Positions 40,198 to 50,261 of a DNA stretch of 64,000 nt are shown in pieces. Source of the stretch: Bacillota bacterium (GTDB taxonomy: Bacteria > Bacillota > Clostridia > Lachnospirales > Lachnospiraceae); assembly GCA_023409535.1 (NCBI GenBank), contig JAEYGZ010000027.1, positions 279,178-343,177 on the forward strand, given 5' to 3'. The stretch's first letter is position 1, and every line of letters starts with the position of its first letter. The notes under the pieces were generated by a model. That model made no database searches. It was given only the letters and a program-made list of their open reading frames with translations, and was not told where the DNA came from. Position numbers and translations under genes: made by a program.

Positions 40198-41487
40198 ATG
40201 GAGATATATGTAGTTCAACAAGGAGATGATATTTACACCATTGCTGAAAAATTTGGTGTATCTGCTGATAAAATAATACGGGATAACGGGTTGAACAATC
40301 CGTCTAATTTAGTGATCGGGCAGACAATTGTCATCGTATATCCGAAGCAGTCACATATCGTGCAGGATGGAGATACCTTACAAGATATTGCGGATGCTTA
40401 TGATGTTCCGCTGATGCAGCTGTTAAGAAATAATCCTCATCTGACTGACAGAGGCTATCTGGTACCCGGGGAAGCTTTAGTAATCAGTTATAATACAGAG
40501 AGGAGTGCTGTAACAAACGGTTTTGCTTATTCCTATATCAAACGGGAAACGCTTGCTAAAATCTTGCCGAATTTAACCTATTTATCGGTTTTTAATTACT
40601 CAACGATACAGGGCGGTGGAATTATTGCATATGATGAGGATGACATGGATGTGATAAATATGGCGAAGGAATACGGCACGATTCCGCTTATGATGATTAC
40701 AACCCTGACATCTCAGGGTGTACCAAATCTTGAGGTGGCCTATGACATCTTAACAAATGAAGAATATCAAGATAGAAATATCAATGAGTTTGTTGCCATA
40801 ATGAAGCAAAAAGGCTATTCAGGTTTGAATATTATTTTAAATTATCTAACAGAGAATAATCAGTCGCAATACTTTCCCCTTATGAGAAAAATTTCAGAAC
40901 GGCTGCAGCAGGAGGGGCTATTGTTTTTTGCTACAATTAATTACAGTACGCAGGAGGAAGATGGCAGTATAACAGTTCAACAGATTGATTATTCGCAGTT
41001 CAGTATGTACCTGAACGGTATGTTATTCTTAAAGTTTTTATGGGGTACCAATGTTGATCCGCCAGCTCCGGTAAGCAATATTAACAATGTTAGAGCTATT
41101 GCGGAGTATGTGTCGGCTATGGTTCCGGCAGAGCAAATTTTAATCGGCAAGCCCATTCTGGGTTATGACTGGCAGCTGCCGTATATACCGGGCAGATCCT
41201 ATGCAACTTCCATATCAATTGATTCAGCAATCGACCTGGCATACGGTACAGGAGCAGTAATACAATTTGATGATGTTTCTCAAACACCGTACTTTTATTA
41301 TAACCAGATTTATTTTGGCGCTCCGGTTCAGCATATCGTATGGTTTATCGATGCAAGAAGTATTAACGCACTGGATGATTTAATCGTTGAATTTGCCCTT
41401 AACGGAAGCGGAATTTGGAATGTTATGATTTATTACCCGCAGGTATGGACATTAATGAATGCAAGATTTGATATCATAAAGTTATAA
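40198..41487 (+). CDS. Spore LysM-LysM-GH18 protein (YaaH/YdhD-like), catalytic motif degenerate
   Basis: Two LysM domains; GYDWQLPY, SQTPYFYY, HIVWFIDARS; CATATATT sporulation-type -10 at 40160-40167. Confidence 0.88.
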   Translation: MEIYVVQQGDDIYTIAEKFGVSADKIIRDNGLNNPSNLVIGQTIVIVYPKQSHIVQDGDTLQDIADAYDVPLMQLLRNNPHLTDRGYLVPGEALVISYNTERSAVTNGFAYSYIKRETLAKILPNLTYLSVFNYSTIQGGGIIAYDEDDMDVINMAKEYGTIPLMMITTLTSQGVPNLEVAYDILTNEEYQDRNINEFVAIMKQKGYSGLNIILNYLTENNQSQYFPLMRKISERLQQEGLLFFATINYSTQEEDGSITVQQIDYSQFSMYLNGMLFLKFLWGTNVDPPAPVSNINNVRAIAEYVSAMVPAEQILIGKPILGYDWQLPYIPGRSYATSISIDSAIDLAYGTGAVIQFDDVSQTPYFYYNQIYFGAPVQHIVWFIDARSINALDDLIVEFALNGSGIWNVMIYYPQVWTLMNARFDIIKL

Positions 41488-41611
41488 GTATTCCTGATAG
41501 AGAACAGGAAGCATACCGCTGCAAGGGGTCTGGTTCCGGCTTCCGGATTTAGTGAAGTTGGCAGCTTTAATTAATAGGTATTTCGAGCCGAAGCAAAGGT
41601 TATAGCTAAAT

Positions 41612-41645
41612 GGCTTGCCGTGCAGAAACATCTGCGCAGCAAGCC
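41612..41645. terminator. Hairpin between convergent genes
   Basis: GGCTTGCCGTGCAG...CTGCGCAGCAAGCC. Confidence 0.6.
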
Positions 41646-41682
41646 GCTTTAATTATTGAGTTAAAATAGAAAAGAAATGGTA

Positions 41683-42717
41683 TTATTGGGTATATTCCTC
41701 TATACTGTTGTATACAGCTAATGCATCGGTAATATTATACTGTTCTGAATAGTGATCTCCTTCTGCACCGGCTGAAATCAGAATGTATTGTTGTTCGCCC
41801 ACTTTGGCGAGGCTTGCGAGACATAGACCGGCCTCATCGGTATATCCGGTTTTCCCTCCTGAAATTTCCCCGTCATTAATGCTTTGATTGCCGAGTTCTT
41901 TAAACATGGTGCTGTAAAAAGTTATTCCGGCAAGGTGCGTATTTGTAGGCTGTGTGGTATGACGGGATGAAGTGAAAATCTCCCTGAAAGTATCATTTTG
42001 TAAAGCATAGCTTAAAAGAATGGACAGATCTTTGACTGTTGTGTAATGGTTTTCATTGTGAAGTCCGGTCGTATTTTCAAAATGGGTATGATCCATACCA
42101 AGCTCTGCGGCTTTTTGGTTCATTATTTTTACAAAGTCCGTCTCCGATCCCGCAATCTGATCAGCGAGTCCAATGCAGCACTCTGCCCCGCTTGGCAGCA
42201 TAACTCCGTATAGCAGGTCGATTGCCTCGACCTGCTCACCCGGACGGAAACCTGCCATTGATGCATCTGCTTCATACAATCCCTGAAATGTAGAGTTGGT
42301 AAGTTTGATTTCTTCCTTCAGATCAGGTAAATTTTCTATGGCAGCAATGGCTGTCATCATTTTGGTCAAAGAAGCAGGATAAATTTTTTCTTCGCTGTTT
42401 TTCTGCATCAGGATAGCAGTGTCATTTAACCGAAGCAGAATTGCATTAGAACTGTTCAGCTGATCGGGTGATATTGAAACAAAGGGATCGGGTGTTATTT
42501 TTGACGGAGGAATCGGTGTTGTTTTGTCGTCAAAAGAAACGGGTGTTATCTTAACTGGAGAATAAGATGAAGTTTTATCGCTATTTTCTATCTCAAGTAT
42601 AGGGTGGATACCGGGAGTGATCAGTGATATGCAAACCAAAGCAACAATAACAACAGTCAATAAAAGTACTGCCGATATGCAGGTACCTGATTTTTTCTTT
42701 TTTACTTTTCGTATCAT
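41683..42717 (-). CDS. D-alanyl-D-alanine carboxypeptidase (peptidase S11)
   Basis: N-terminal TM; YPASLTK (SxxK), LPSGA (in place of SxN), GGKTGYT. Confidence 0.92.
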   Translation of the reverse strand: MIRKVKKKKSGTCISAVLLLTVVIVALVCISLITPGIHPILEIENSDKTSSYSPVKITPVSFDDKTTPIPPSKITPDPFVSISPDQLNSSNAILLRLNDTAILMQKNSEEKIYPASLTKMMTAIAAIENLPDLKEEIKLTNSTFQGLYEADASMAGFRPGEQVEAIDLLYGVMLPSGAECCIGLADQIAGSETDFVKIMNQKAAELGMDHTHFENTTGLHNENHYTTVKDLSILLSYALQNDTFREIFTSSRHTTQPTNTHLAGITFYSTMFKELGNQSINDGEISGGKTGYTDEAGLCLASLAKVGEQQYILISAGAEGDHYSEQYNITDALAVYNSIEEYTQ

Positions 42718-43036
42718 AATAAAACAGCTCCTTGTTTTGTGATGATGTTATTAAACCATAAAACAAGGAGTGATATTGAAATTCCATCTTATGGAATTCT
42801 TAAGATTTCATGATAACGGGAGCCTTTCTGTAATGCAGTATTTTCTGGAGGGCTTTCAACAGAGCTTGTTCCATTGTGCGCCGTGACAATTCCATGTACG
42901 ATTACCTGTCTTATCGTATTCTAGACACAACACCATGAAATCCGGAAGGTATTCTTACACATATATAATGGTAATAAAGAATATTGGCCTTGCTCTTATG
43001 ATATATTATAGTAAGACATCTAAGTATGGTGAAACT

Positions 43037-43882
43037 ATGAAATCAGGCAATAAGCCAAGTATTAAGGAGATATTGCAGCAGCGGCCGGATCAGGAAAATG
43101 AATCAAATACAGAGAATATATCCGGTGCTTCCCTGTTTGTCAAAATAGGCATTATCGTACTGAGTATCATTATGATGATCAGCTTGGGGATACAGGTTAT
43201 CCCTGACGCAGTCACGGTAACAAACACGGGCTCCAAGCGTGATCTGCCGATCTATTGCGTGGATACTGCCGATAAGAAGGTTGCACTGAGCTTCGATGCG
43301 GCCTGGGGGAATGAAGACACAAAGAATATTCTTGGTATTCTTGCAAAATATAATGTAAAGGTTACCTTCTTTATGACAGGCGGATGGGTAGAAAAGTACC
43401 CTGATGATGTAAAAGCAATCCTGGCTGCCGGCCACGATCTGGGTAATCACAGTGAGAATCATAAGCAAATGTCGCAGCTGTCCAAGGAGCAATGTATGGA
43501 GGAGATTACGAAAGTCCATGATAAGGTGAAGGAACTGACCGGTGTTGAGATGAACCTGTTCCGGGCGCCTTATGGTGACTATAATAATACTCTGGTAGGC
43601 GCGGCCAGGGAATGCGGATATTACACAGTGCAATGGGATGTTGACAGCCAGGACTGGAAAGATTACGGAACAGACAGTATTGTCAAAATGGTTGTGAATA
43701 ATAAATACCTTGGGAACGGCTCTATTATCCTGCTGCATAACGGAGCAAAGTACACGCCGGACGCATTGGAGCGGGTTATCGCCGGACTACAGGAGCAGGG
43801 GTATGAGCTGGTGCCCATATCGCAATTAATTTATACTGGGGATTATACCATAGATCATACGGGAAGGCAGTTTGAGAAATAA
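43037..43882 (+). CDS. Polysaccharide deacetylase, PdaB-like (sporulation)
   Basis: LSFDAAWGNE, GNHSENH, LFRAPYGDY, WDVDS.DW, IILLHNG; N-terminal TM. Confidence 0.9.
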   Translation: MKSGNKPSIKEILQQRPDQENESNTENISGASLFVKIGIIVLSIIMMISLGIQVIPDAVTVTNTGSKRDLPIYCVDTADKKVALSFDAAWGNEDTKNILGILAKYNVKVTFFMTGGWVEKYPDDVKAILAAGHDLGNHSENHKQMSQLSKEQCMEEITKVHDKVKELTGVEMNLFRAPYGDYNNTLVGAARECGYYTVQWDVDSQDWKDYGTDSIVKMVVNNKYLGNGSIILLHNGAKYTPDALERVIAGLQEQGYELVPISQLIYTGDYTIDHTGRQFEK

Positions 43883-44135
43883 AAACGACAATCCGGTGTT
43901 TCTCTTAAACTCAGCTGTTTTTCAGTGCTGTGAATGGGGCTTGTATCAGTTGGATGCAGGCCTTTTTTGTGTAGTTCACGGGAATACGAAGTGACTTTGG
44001 AGGTTTTATCCGGAACGGATATTGTCGATTTATATAACAATGATTTGACCCAAAATTTACCTTAATTTTATGGTGAAAAAGGCATATTAATTGTATAATA
44101 TTTCATGTAAAAATAATTTTCTATGGAGGTATTAT

Positions 44136-46019
44136 ATGAGAACAAAATCATTCAAGGGTTTTACTTCTACTGTATTAATCAAGTGCATAGTTTCCTTTGT
44201 ATTTGCTCTTGTACTTCTTCAGGGAGCGGTTGCGTCGGTATCCTATGCCGGTGAAATTACAGGTACTGCACCGGTCAACAAGGTAACAGACTCGCTTGAG
44301 GATCTATTCGGCAAGCTTGTCATATTACATACCAATGATACTCATGGCGGAGATGTTGCGGCAGACGGAGTATCCATTGGAACGGCAGGCGTAAAGCAGC
44401 TTGCCAAAGACTATGAAGCGGCAGGAGCAGAAGTATTGTTACTATCTGCCGGTGATGCGATTCAGGGAGATCCGCTGGTTAATCTCAGCAAAGGGGAGAA
44501 CGCCATCGATTTTATGAATCTTGCCGGATATGATTTGATGGTACCTGGAAATCATGAGTTTGATTTCGGATATGATAATTTGATCAAGCTTGAAGATATC
44601 GCGGACTTTCCGTTTATTTCAGCAAATATAATGGACAAAAAAAGCGGACAGGCCGAATTTAAGGAGAATATCATATTTGATACAAAAGTTGGAAAGGTAG
44701 GCGTATTCGGGTTAACCACGCCCGAAACACTCACAAAAGCAAATCCCGTTAATGTGGCATCACTGAATTTCCTGGCCGGCGAGGATATGTATCAGAAGGC
44801 GCAGCAGCAGGTGGATGAATTGTCCAAGGCAGGATGCGACTATATCATATGTATGGCGCATCTTGGTACGGATGACTCCAGTCAGCCGAACAGATCGACG
44901 GATGTATTAGACCATGTAAAAGGGATTGATATTCTGATCGACGGTCACAGCCACAGTGTGATTGACGGAGATGAGACGGATGACACTATTTTGCAGTCTA
45001 CCGGAACAAAACTAAGCTATGTTGGAGTTGTTGTCATCGGTAATAAAATCGAAGAAGCAAAGCTTGTTTCAGCAAAGGACTACAATCTTGTGGATGAAGC
45101 GGTAAATGCTGAAATTATGAAGCGGTCCGAGGAGATTAATGCTCTTCTTTCAGAAACCTTTGCAACAACGGAAGTTTTATTGGATGGAAATAGAGAACCC
45201 GGCGTAAGGACCATGGAAACAAATCTGGGGGATTTTGCTGCGGATGCAATTTTATGGGCTGCAAACCAGGCAGTAGGAGAAGGAAAGGTTGTTGCGGCGA
45301 TTACGAATGGCGGAGGAATAAGGGATTCTATTAAGATTGGCGACGTAACGATGAAGGATATGAAAACGGTGTTTCCGTTCGGAAATACAATTGCTACCGT
45401 AAATATAACCGGAGCCCAGCTGCTGGAGATTTTGGAAGCATCAACCTTCTCAACCCCTGTATCCTTAGGAGGATTTCCTCAGGTTGCCGGTATTGAGTTT
45501 ACAGTAAATACTTCTATTCCATATGTAAACGGAAGCATGTATCCGGATTCAACTTACTATGCACCGGCAAAACCGGGATCACGTATCTCAAACGTTAAGG
45601 TAGGAGGAAAAGCATTAGAGCTTGATAAAACTTATACAATAGCAACGAATGATTTCCTTGCCGCCGGCGGTGACACTTATTATGCATTTAAAAACCTGGA
45701 AAGCTTTAATACCTATGTCGCTCTGGAGGATGCGCTTGTTAATTATACGGAAGAGGTTCTTGGTGGCGTTATAACCGAAGAACAATACGGCAAAGCCGCA
45801 GGACGTATCGTCGTAACCGATGCTGCTGCGGATGATAATAAAGAAGATGCTGCCGTAATAAAGTACACAGTGAAAAGCGGTGACAGCTTATGGGCAATCT
45901 CAAGGAAATACCTCGGACGCGGTGCAAGATATGTAGAGATATACAAGCTTAACAAGGATATCCTTAAGAATCCGGATCTTATTAATATCGGGCAGGTTCT
46001 GGAGATACCCGCAGAATAA
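44136..46019 (+). CDS. Secreted 5'-nucleotidase/metallophosphoesterase with C-terminal LysM
   Basis: LHTNDTHG, AGD, GNHEFDFG, DGHSH, NGGGIR, FLAAGGD; LysM YTVKSGDSLWAIS...NPDLINIGQVLEIP. Confidence 0.92.
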   Translation: MRTKSFKGFTSTVLIKCIVSFVFALVLLQGAVASVSYAGEITGTAPVNKVTDSLEDLFGKLVILHTNDTHGGDVAADGVSIGTAGVKQLAKDYEAAGAEVLLLSAGDAIQGDPLVNLSKGENAIDFMNLAGYDLMVPGNHEFDFGYDNLIKLEDIADFPFISANIMDKKSGQAEFKENIIFDTKVGKVGVFGLTTPETLTKANPVNVASLNFLAGEDMYQKAQQQVDELSKAGCDYIICMAHLGTDDSSQPNRSTDVLDHVKGIDILIDGHSHSVIDGDETDDTILQSTGTKLSYVGVVVIGNKIEEAKLVSAKDYNLVDEAVNAEIMKRSEEINALLSETFATTEVLLDGNREPGVRTMETNLGDFAADAILWAANQAVGEGKVVAAITNGGGIRDSIKIGDVTMKDMKTVFPFGNTIATVNITGAQLLEILEASTFSTPVSLGGFPQVAGIEFTVNTSIPYVNGSMYPDSTYYAPAKPGSRISNVKVGGKALELDKTYTIATNDFLAAGGDTYYAFKNLESFNTYVALEDALVNYTEEVLGGVITEEQYGKAAGRIVVTDAAADDNKEDAAVIKYTVKSGDSLWAISRKYLGRGARYVEIYKLNKDILKNPDLINIGQVLEIPAE

Positions 46020-46062
46020 AAGTGTTGATACACAATAAAGAAAGTGAGGCGCGCTGCAAAAC

Positions 46063-46121
46063 TGATCTGCTCCCCTTAAGGTAGAGATTGAATATAAAAT
46101 CTGTTATCTTAAGGGGGAGCA
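46063..46121 (+). mobile_element. Possible solo IS3/IS150-family left end (no transposase)
   Basis: TGATCTGCTCCCCTTAAGGTAGA...TATCTTAAGGGGGAGCA: TG terminus plus internal inverted repeat ending in an RBS-like GGGAG before a stub ATG. Confidence 0.4.
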
Positions 46122-46179
46122 ATGATTGTTGTCGGTGATTATTGCATTACAGAACCAAAAGGCAACATTCTGCACATTC

Positions 46180-46896
46180 TTAAACATCAGTATATCGGAA
46201 TGTTTTTAGTGCCAGCAGGAATGCGACAATTACTACCAATAATACAAGTCCTGCGTTGATAAAGTAATTGCCCCATGATAAGTCAAATGCACTGCGCAGA
46301 GCATTCACAAACCACTGAAACGGATTGAATTTGTTTATGACTTGAATAAATGGGGGGGCGCTGTTTAAGGAGTAAAAAGCACTGCTGCTGAACAATAGCG
46401 GCATAGTGATGATGTTTGTCAGTATACTTATATTGTTTTCTGTCCGGCTTAGGCTGGCTATAAAAAAGCTAAAGAAAACATAGCCCAGGGCAGCGATAAT
46501 AAGAACCGGAAGCAAGGCGAGAACAGCCGGAAGCGAAATGCTTAATTTAAGCACTAATATTCCTGACAGCATGACAAGCATTGCGCACAGAAGGGAGATT
46601 GAAGTCCATGCCCCTGATATACCGCATATATATTTCCAAAGGGGCATAGGTGTTACCCGCAGCAGGTTATATACCCCTCTCCGCCGTTGTGTCAAAATCG
46701 CAAAGGAAGTGGTCATAAATGAGTAGAATAAGATACTGACAGCCATCATACCAGTTAATATGTGTTCAGGATAATCCGGGTATTTTATAAAAAATCCTAA
46801 TCCAATTGCACCTCCAATTGGCAGTATGAGAGACCACAGCATTAAAAAAGGATCCCGACTTGCGGATTTGAATGTAAGGCTGAATATTGTTTTCAT
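46180..46896 (-). CDS. ABC-2 exporter permease
   Basis: Multi-TM; RRRGVYNLLRVTP, NPFQWFVNALR. Confidence 0.88.
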   Translation of the reverse strand: MKTIFSLTFKSASRDPFLMLWSLILPIGGAIGLGFFIKYPDYPEHILTGMMAVSILFYSFMTTSFAILTQRRRGVYNLLRVTPMPLWKYICGISGAWTSISLLCAMLVMLSGILVLKLSISLPAVLALLPVLIIAALGYVFFSFFIASLSRTENNISILTNIITMPLLFSSSAFYSLNSAPPFIQVINKFNPFQWFVNALRSAFDLSWGNYFINAGLVLLVVIVAFLLALKTFRYTDV

Positions 46897-46897
46897 T

Positions 46898-47611
46898 TTA
46901 TTCCCTCCCTGCTTGTGCACTATCAGTTAATTTAAGATATAAACTTTCAAGATTTTCCGCCTGATATTGATGGAGAAGACTTTCCGGCTGACCTTGAGCG
47001 ACAATTTGTCCCTCATGCATCAAAATAATGCGGTCGGCAATGCGGGATACTTCTTCCATGTCATGCGATGAAAAGAGAACGGTTACTTCATTTTCTGCCA
47101 GTCGCCGAATCATATTTCTTACTTCATGGCGGGCACGGGGGTCAAGCCCCGCCGCTGGCTCGTCAAGTATAATAAAATCCGGATTGTGCAGGGTTGTAAC
47201 GGCAATTGCAAGTCTTTTTTGCTGTCCGCCGGATAGGCGTGCTGCAAATGTTTTTCTCACTTCCAGCAAATTACATTCCTCCAGTTTTTTCAGAATTTGT
47301 TCTTTTTCCATTCGCACGTTGTAAAGAGCTGCAAAGAGCCGCAAATTTTCTTCGGCAGTATAACCCTCAAAAAAGGGGGTAGCTTGCAGTTGAACACCTA
47401 TATGTGCCTTATAATCTTCCCGCCAGCGTGTGATTTTTCCGGAATCCGGCGGCAATATTCCTAAGAGCATTGCCAGTGCGGTTGATTTTCCGGCTCCGTT
47501 GGCTCCAATTAAGGCAAGAATTTCACCCTGCCGGACTTCTACATCAATGCCTTTTACAACTTCACGATTGTGAAACTGTTTGCGTATGCCTTTCGCTTCC
47601 ATTAGTATCAT
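46898..47611 (-). CDS. ABC exporter ATP-binding protein
   Basis: GANGAGKS, LSGGQQKR, ILDEP, SSH; GGAGG RBS before ATG 47611. Confidence 0.92.
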   Translation of the reverse strand: MILMEAKGIRKQFHNREVVKGIDVEVRQGEILALIGANGAGKSTALAMLLGILPPDSGKITRWREDYKAHIGVQLQATPFFEGYTAEENLRLFAALYNVRMEKEQILKKLEECNLLEVRKTFAARLSGGQQKRLAIAVTTLHNPDFIILDEPAAGLDPRARHEVRNMIRRLAENEVTVLFSSHDMEEVSRIADRIILMHEGQIVAQGQPESLLHQYQAENLESLYLKLTDSAQAGRE

Positions 47612-47643
47612 TCTCAAAACCTCCATTTTTGATTAATGTTGAT

Positions 47644-47659
47644 TATACAACGTTGAGTA
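47644..47659. promoter_or_regulatory. Palindromic operator (probable PadR site) upstream of the ABC genes
   Basis: TATACAACGTTGAGTA; reverse complement matches the 48258 site at 15/16; overlaps a minus-strand TATAAT. Confidence 0.7.
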
Positions 47660-47700
47660 TATTCGTTATTTTTTCTCCCTCTGTTACAAGGGAGAAATTT

Positions 47701-48246
47701 TTAGTGTTCTGTCTCCAAAAGTGCCAAAGCCTTATCAACAAAATCCTGTTGTTGTTTTATGATGGAGAACATATTATCCATGATAAGATTAACCATTGGA
47801 GGGATTTTATGTTGCATGGCAGTGTCTTTGGCTTCGAATCCGCGTTTCACAGCACTATATTCTTCTTTTAGCGCAATCTGCTGCTCCTCAAGTGCCTTGC
47901 GGCATTCATCCGCCGATAGCTTTTCATAAAATGATAGGCCGGAATATAACGTTGAGGGATACAGCACAGAAGAAACCTTTAGCGAATCTCTAATGAGCGT
48001 TTGAAGATAATTTCGTCCTGTTTCCGTAATAGCGTAAACCGCTTTTTGGCGGTGTCCTGTCTGTTCTATACTGGTAATCTCAACGTAACCTTCCTGCTCC
48101 ATTTTCTTTAGAGCATGGTAGATAGAACCAATCAACACCCCTCCCCAACGTTCCGCATCTGTCATTTGCAATGTCTGCTGAATATCATAGCCGGACATTG
48201 GCTGAACATCTAATATTCCAAGTACAAGTAACCGTGTCAATCTCAT
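47701..48246 (-). CDS. PadR-family transcriptional regulator
   Basis: LVLGIL...PMSGYDI...GSIYHALKKMEQEGYV...YAITETGR. Confidence 0.93.
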   Translation of the reverse strand: MRLTRLLVLGILDVQPMSGYDIQQTLQMTDAERWGGVLIGSIYHALKKMEQEGYVEITSIEQTGHRQKAVYAITETGRNYLQTLIRDSLKVSSVLYPSTLYSGLSFYEKLSADECRKALEEQQIALKEEYSAVKRGFEAKDTAMQHKIPPMVNLIMDNMFSIIKQQQDFVDKALALLETEH

Positions 48247-48257
48247 TTCACCTCACT

Positions 48258-48302
48258 TACTCAACGTTGAATATTATAACATTGAGCAATAAGGTTTGTC
48301 AA
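48258..48302 (-). promoter_or_regulatory. padR promoter with operator
   Basis: TTGACA-N18-TATAAT (48302-48273) followed by palindrome TACTCAACGTTGAATA (48258-48273). Confidence 0.75.
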
Positions 48303-48393
48303 GGTCATAGCGGCGTAAATGTCAGAACTGAAGTAACCGTTATTGAATATAGTTTAAACTGATGCAGTAGGTCTCTTTTTGGTAAGCGTCTAA

Positions 48394-50238
48394 GTGTGTC
48401 CTGAATGCCACCCAAGTGGCAATGCTATAAAAGAGATGAGGGTAGGGCCCTCGGAATCGGTATTCAGGTGCAGATTCCAAACCACCTTTAGGTGCTGTAG
48501 TGAAAGCTATGGTATTGAGCGTAAAGGAAAAGACTGAATTATCAGCCAGGTGTGTGTCATGGAGCTGAACGAAAGTGAAGTGTCCGATGAAGCATCGTAA
48601 ATACAAATTGTAGTCGAAACCATTTTGTTTTTGACTTAGATGGGACAGAGCTCGAAGGAAACCTGATTACTGTTCGAGTGACTACCGGTGTAAAGGCAAC
48701 AGGAACATGACATTGGCTCTTTTATAGAACAGGAGAAGCCGGATTGATAATGAAAAGCGAAAATCCAAGACGTCAGGTTGGAGGATGATAGTAGCAATGT
48801 ATCAATCAGGTGCGGATGGATTTGTAGTAGTGATGATATTTCTGTAATGGAAATGGAGCGAAGAAATCCAGTTGTTTAAATTCAACATAAAACAACCATA
48901 AAGTGGGAGGATTTTATGATTGAAGCAAAACCTTTTAACATCACACAACAGGAGGTCTTGATAGCATACAAGCAGGTTAAGGCTAACAAGGGCACTGGTG
49001 GGATAGATGGTATTGATCTAGTGCAATTCGAGGAAAATCTTAATGGAAACCTATATAAGATATGGAATCGAATGGCATCAGGAAGCTACTTTCCGAAAGC
49101 AGTGCGAGGTGTTGAAATTCCTAAGAAAAATGGTAAAAAGAGATTGTTGGGAATACCAACAATTGAAGACAGAGTTGCACAAATGGTTGTCAGAAATCGT
49201 CTCGAACCGAAGGTGGAGCCAGTATTCATGACAGATTCTTATGGATATAGACCGAACAAATCAGCCTTGGATGCTATAAAAGCAACGAGGGAAAGATGCT
49301 GGCAGTATGAATGGGTATTGGAACTGGATATTGTTGGTCTGTTTGACAACATAGACCATGAGTTGTTGCTTAAGGCTATTAAGGCACATACTGCTGACAA
49401 AATGGAAATCTTATATATTACTAGATTTCTCAAAGCAGACATAGTTATGCCAGATGGAAATATCCGTGAGAGAATCGCAGGAACACCACAAGGTGGAGTG
49501 ATTAGTCCAGTATTGGCAAATCTCTTTATGCACTATGCCTTTGATAAGTGGATGAATTATAACTTTCCACAAATCAAATGGGCGAGATATGCAGATGATG
49601 CTGTTATCCATTGTGTCAGTGAAAAGCAAGCATTATATATAAAACAGCGTCTGGAAAGACAGCTATGTTTATGCAAGCTACAACTGCAACCAGAGAAAAC
49701 TAGAATTGTTCATTGTACTTGTGATAAGTTTCCACAGAAATCGAACTTAAATGAGTTCACGTTTCTAGGATATACGTTTAGAACTAGATGGGTGAAAAAT
49801 AAACAGGGAATTCTATTTCGTTCTTTCACACCAGCTGTGAGTAAAGAAGCATCAAAAGCCTTTCGTATGAAAATTAAGGAGTATAGATTGAGAAAGGGTA
49901 TTGGTTCTCTTGCAGAATTGGCAGAAAATATTAACCCGATTATCAGAGGCTGGATGAACTACTTTATGGAGTTTGGAAAGGGAGAAGCCATTAAAAGTCT
50001 TGATTACATCAATCTAAGTCTTCTTAATTTCATCCAAAGGTTCTATGGAAAAAGAGGAAAGAACAAACATAGTGCGTGGAGATTTTTGGCTATTATCTGC
50101 AAACGAGAACCTAAATTATTTTACCATTGGACTTATGGAATTACTGTTAAAGCCTGAACAACAAGAGCCGTATGATGGGAGACTATCACGTACGGTTCTG
50201 TGAGAGGCTTAGGGTGAAATTCCCTTTGCCTACTCGAC
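48394..50238 (+). mobile_element. Group II intron (IIB, bacterial class D-like), apparently full length
   Basis: 5' GTGTG; domain V GAGCCGTATGATGGGAGACTATCACGTACGGTTC at 50165; domain VI ending CTACTCGAC; EBS1 TTAGATG (48636-48642) pairs with exon CGTCTAA; EBS2 TTATCA (48539-48544) pairs with TGGTAA. Confidence 0.92.
48916..50157 (+). CDS. ltrA: Group II intron reverse transcriptase/maturase, no endonuclease domain
   Basis: VKANKG..GIDG, IPKKNGKKRLLGIPTIEDR, GTPQGGVISPVLAN, RYADD, FTFLGY, maturase NPIIRGWMNYF. Confidence 0.96.
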   Translation: MIEAKPFNITQQEVLIAYKQVKANKGTGGIDGIDLVQFEENLNGNLYKIWNRMASGSYFPKAVRGVEIPKKNGKKRLLGIPTIEDRVAQMVVRNRLEPKVEPVFMTDSYGYRPNKSALDAIKATRERCWQYEWVLELDIVGLFDNIDHELLLKAIKAHTADKMEILYITRFLKADIVMPDGNIRERIAGTPQGGVISPVLANLFMHYAFDKWMNYNFPQIKWARYADDAVIHCVSEKQALYIKQRLERQLCLCKLQLQPEKTRIVHCTCDKFPQKSNLNEFTFLGYTFRTRWVKNKQGILFRSFTPAVSKEASKAFRMKIKEYRLRKGIGSLAELAENINPIIRGWMNYFMEFGKGEAIKSLDYINLSLLNFIQRFYGKRGKNKHSAWRFLAIICKREPKLFYHWTYGITVKA

Positions 50239-50261
50239 TAAGGCGGCAATAGTTTATTAGA

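Noticed and set aside
41683..42717. Vancomycin-resistance cluster
   Set aside because: No D-Ala-D-Lac/Ser ligase, vanH, vanX or vanT nearby; only a carboxypeptidase.
48340..48606. 88-aa minus-strand ORF
   Set aside because: It is antisense to the structured intron domain I and has no RBS or recognisable motif.
48916..50157. Reverse transcriptase as retron, DGR or defence RT
   Set aside because: It has a maturase domain, GTGTG 5' end, domains V/VI and EBS/IBS pairing, so it is a group II intron.
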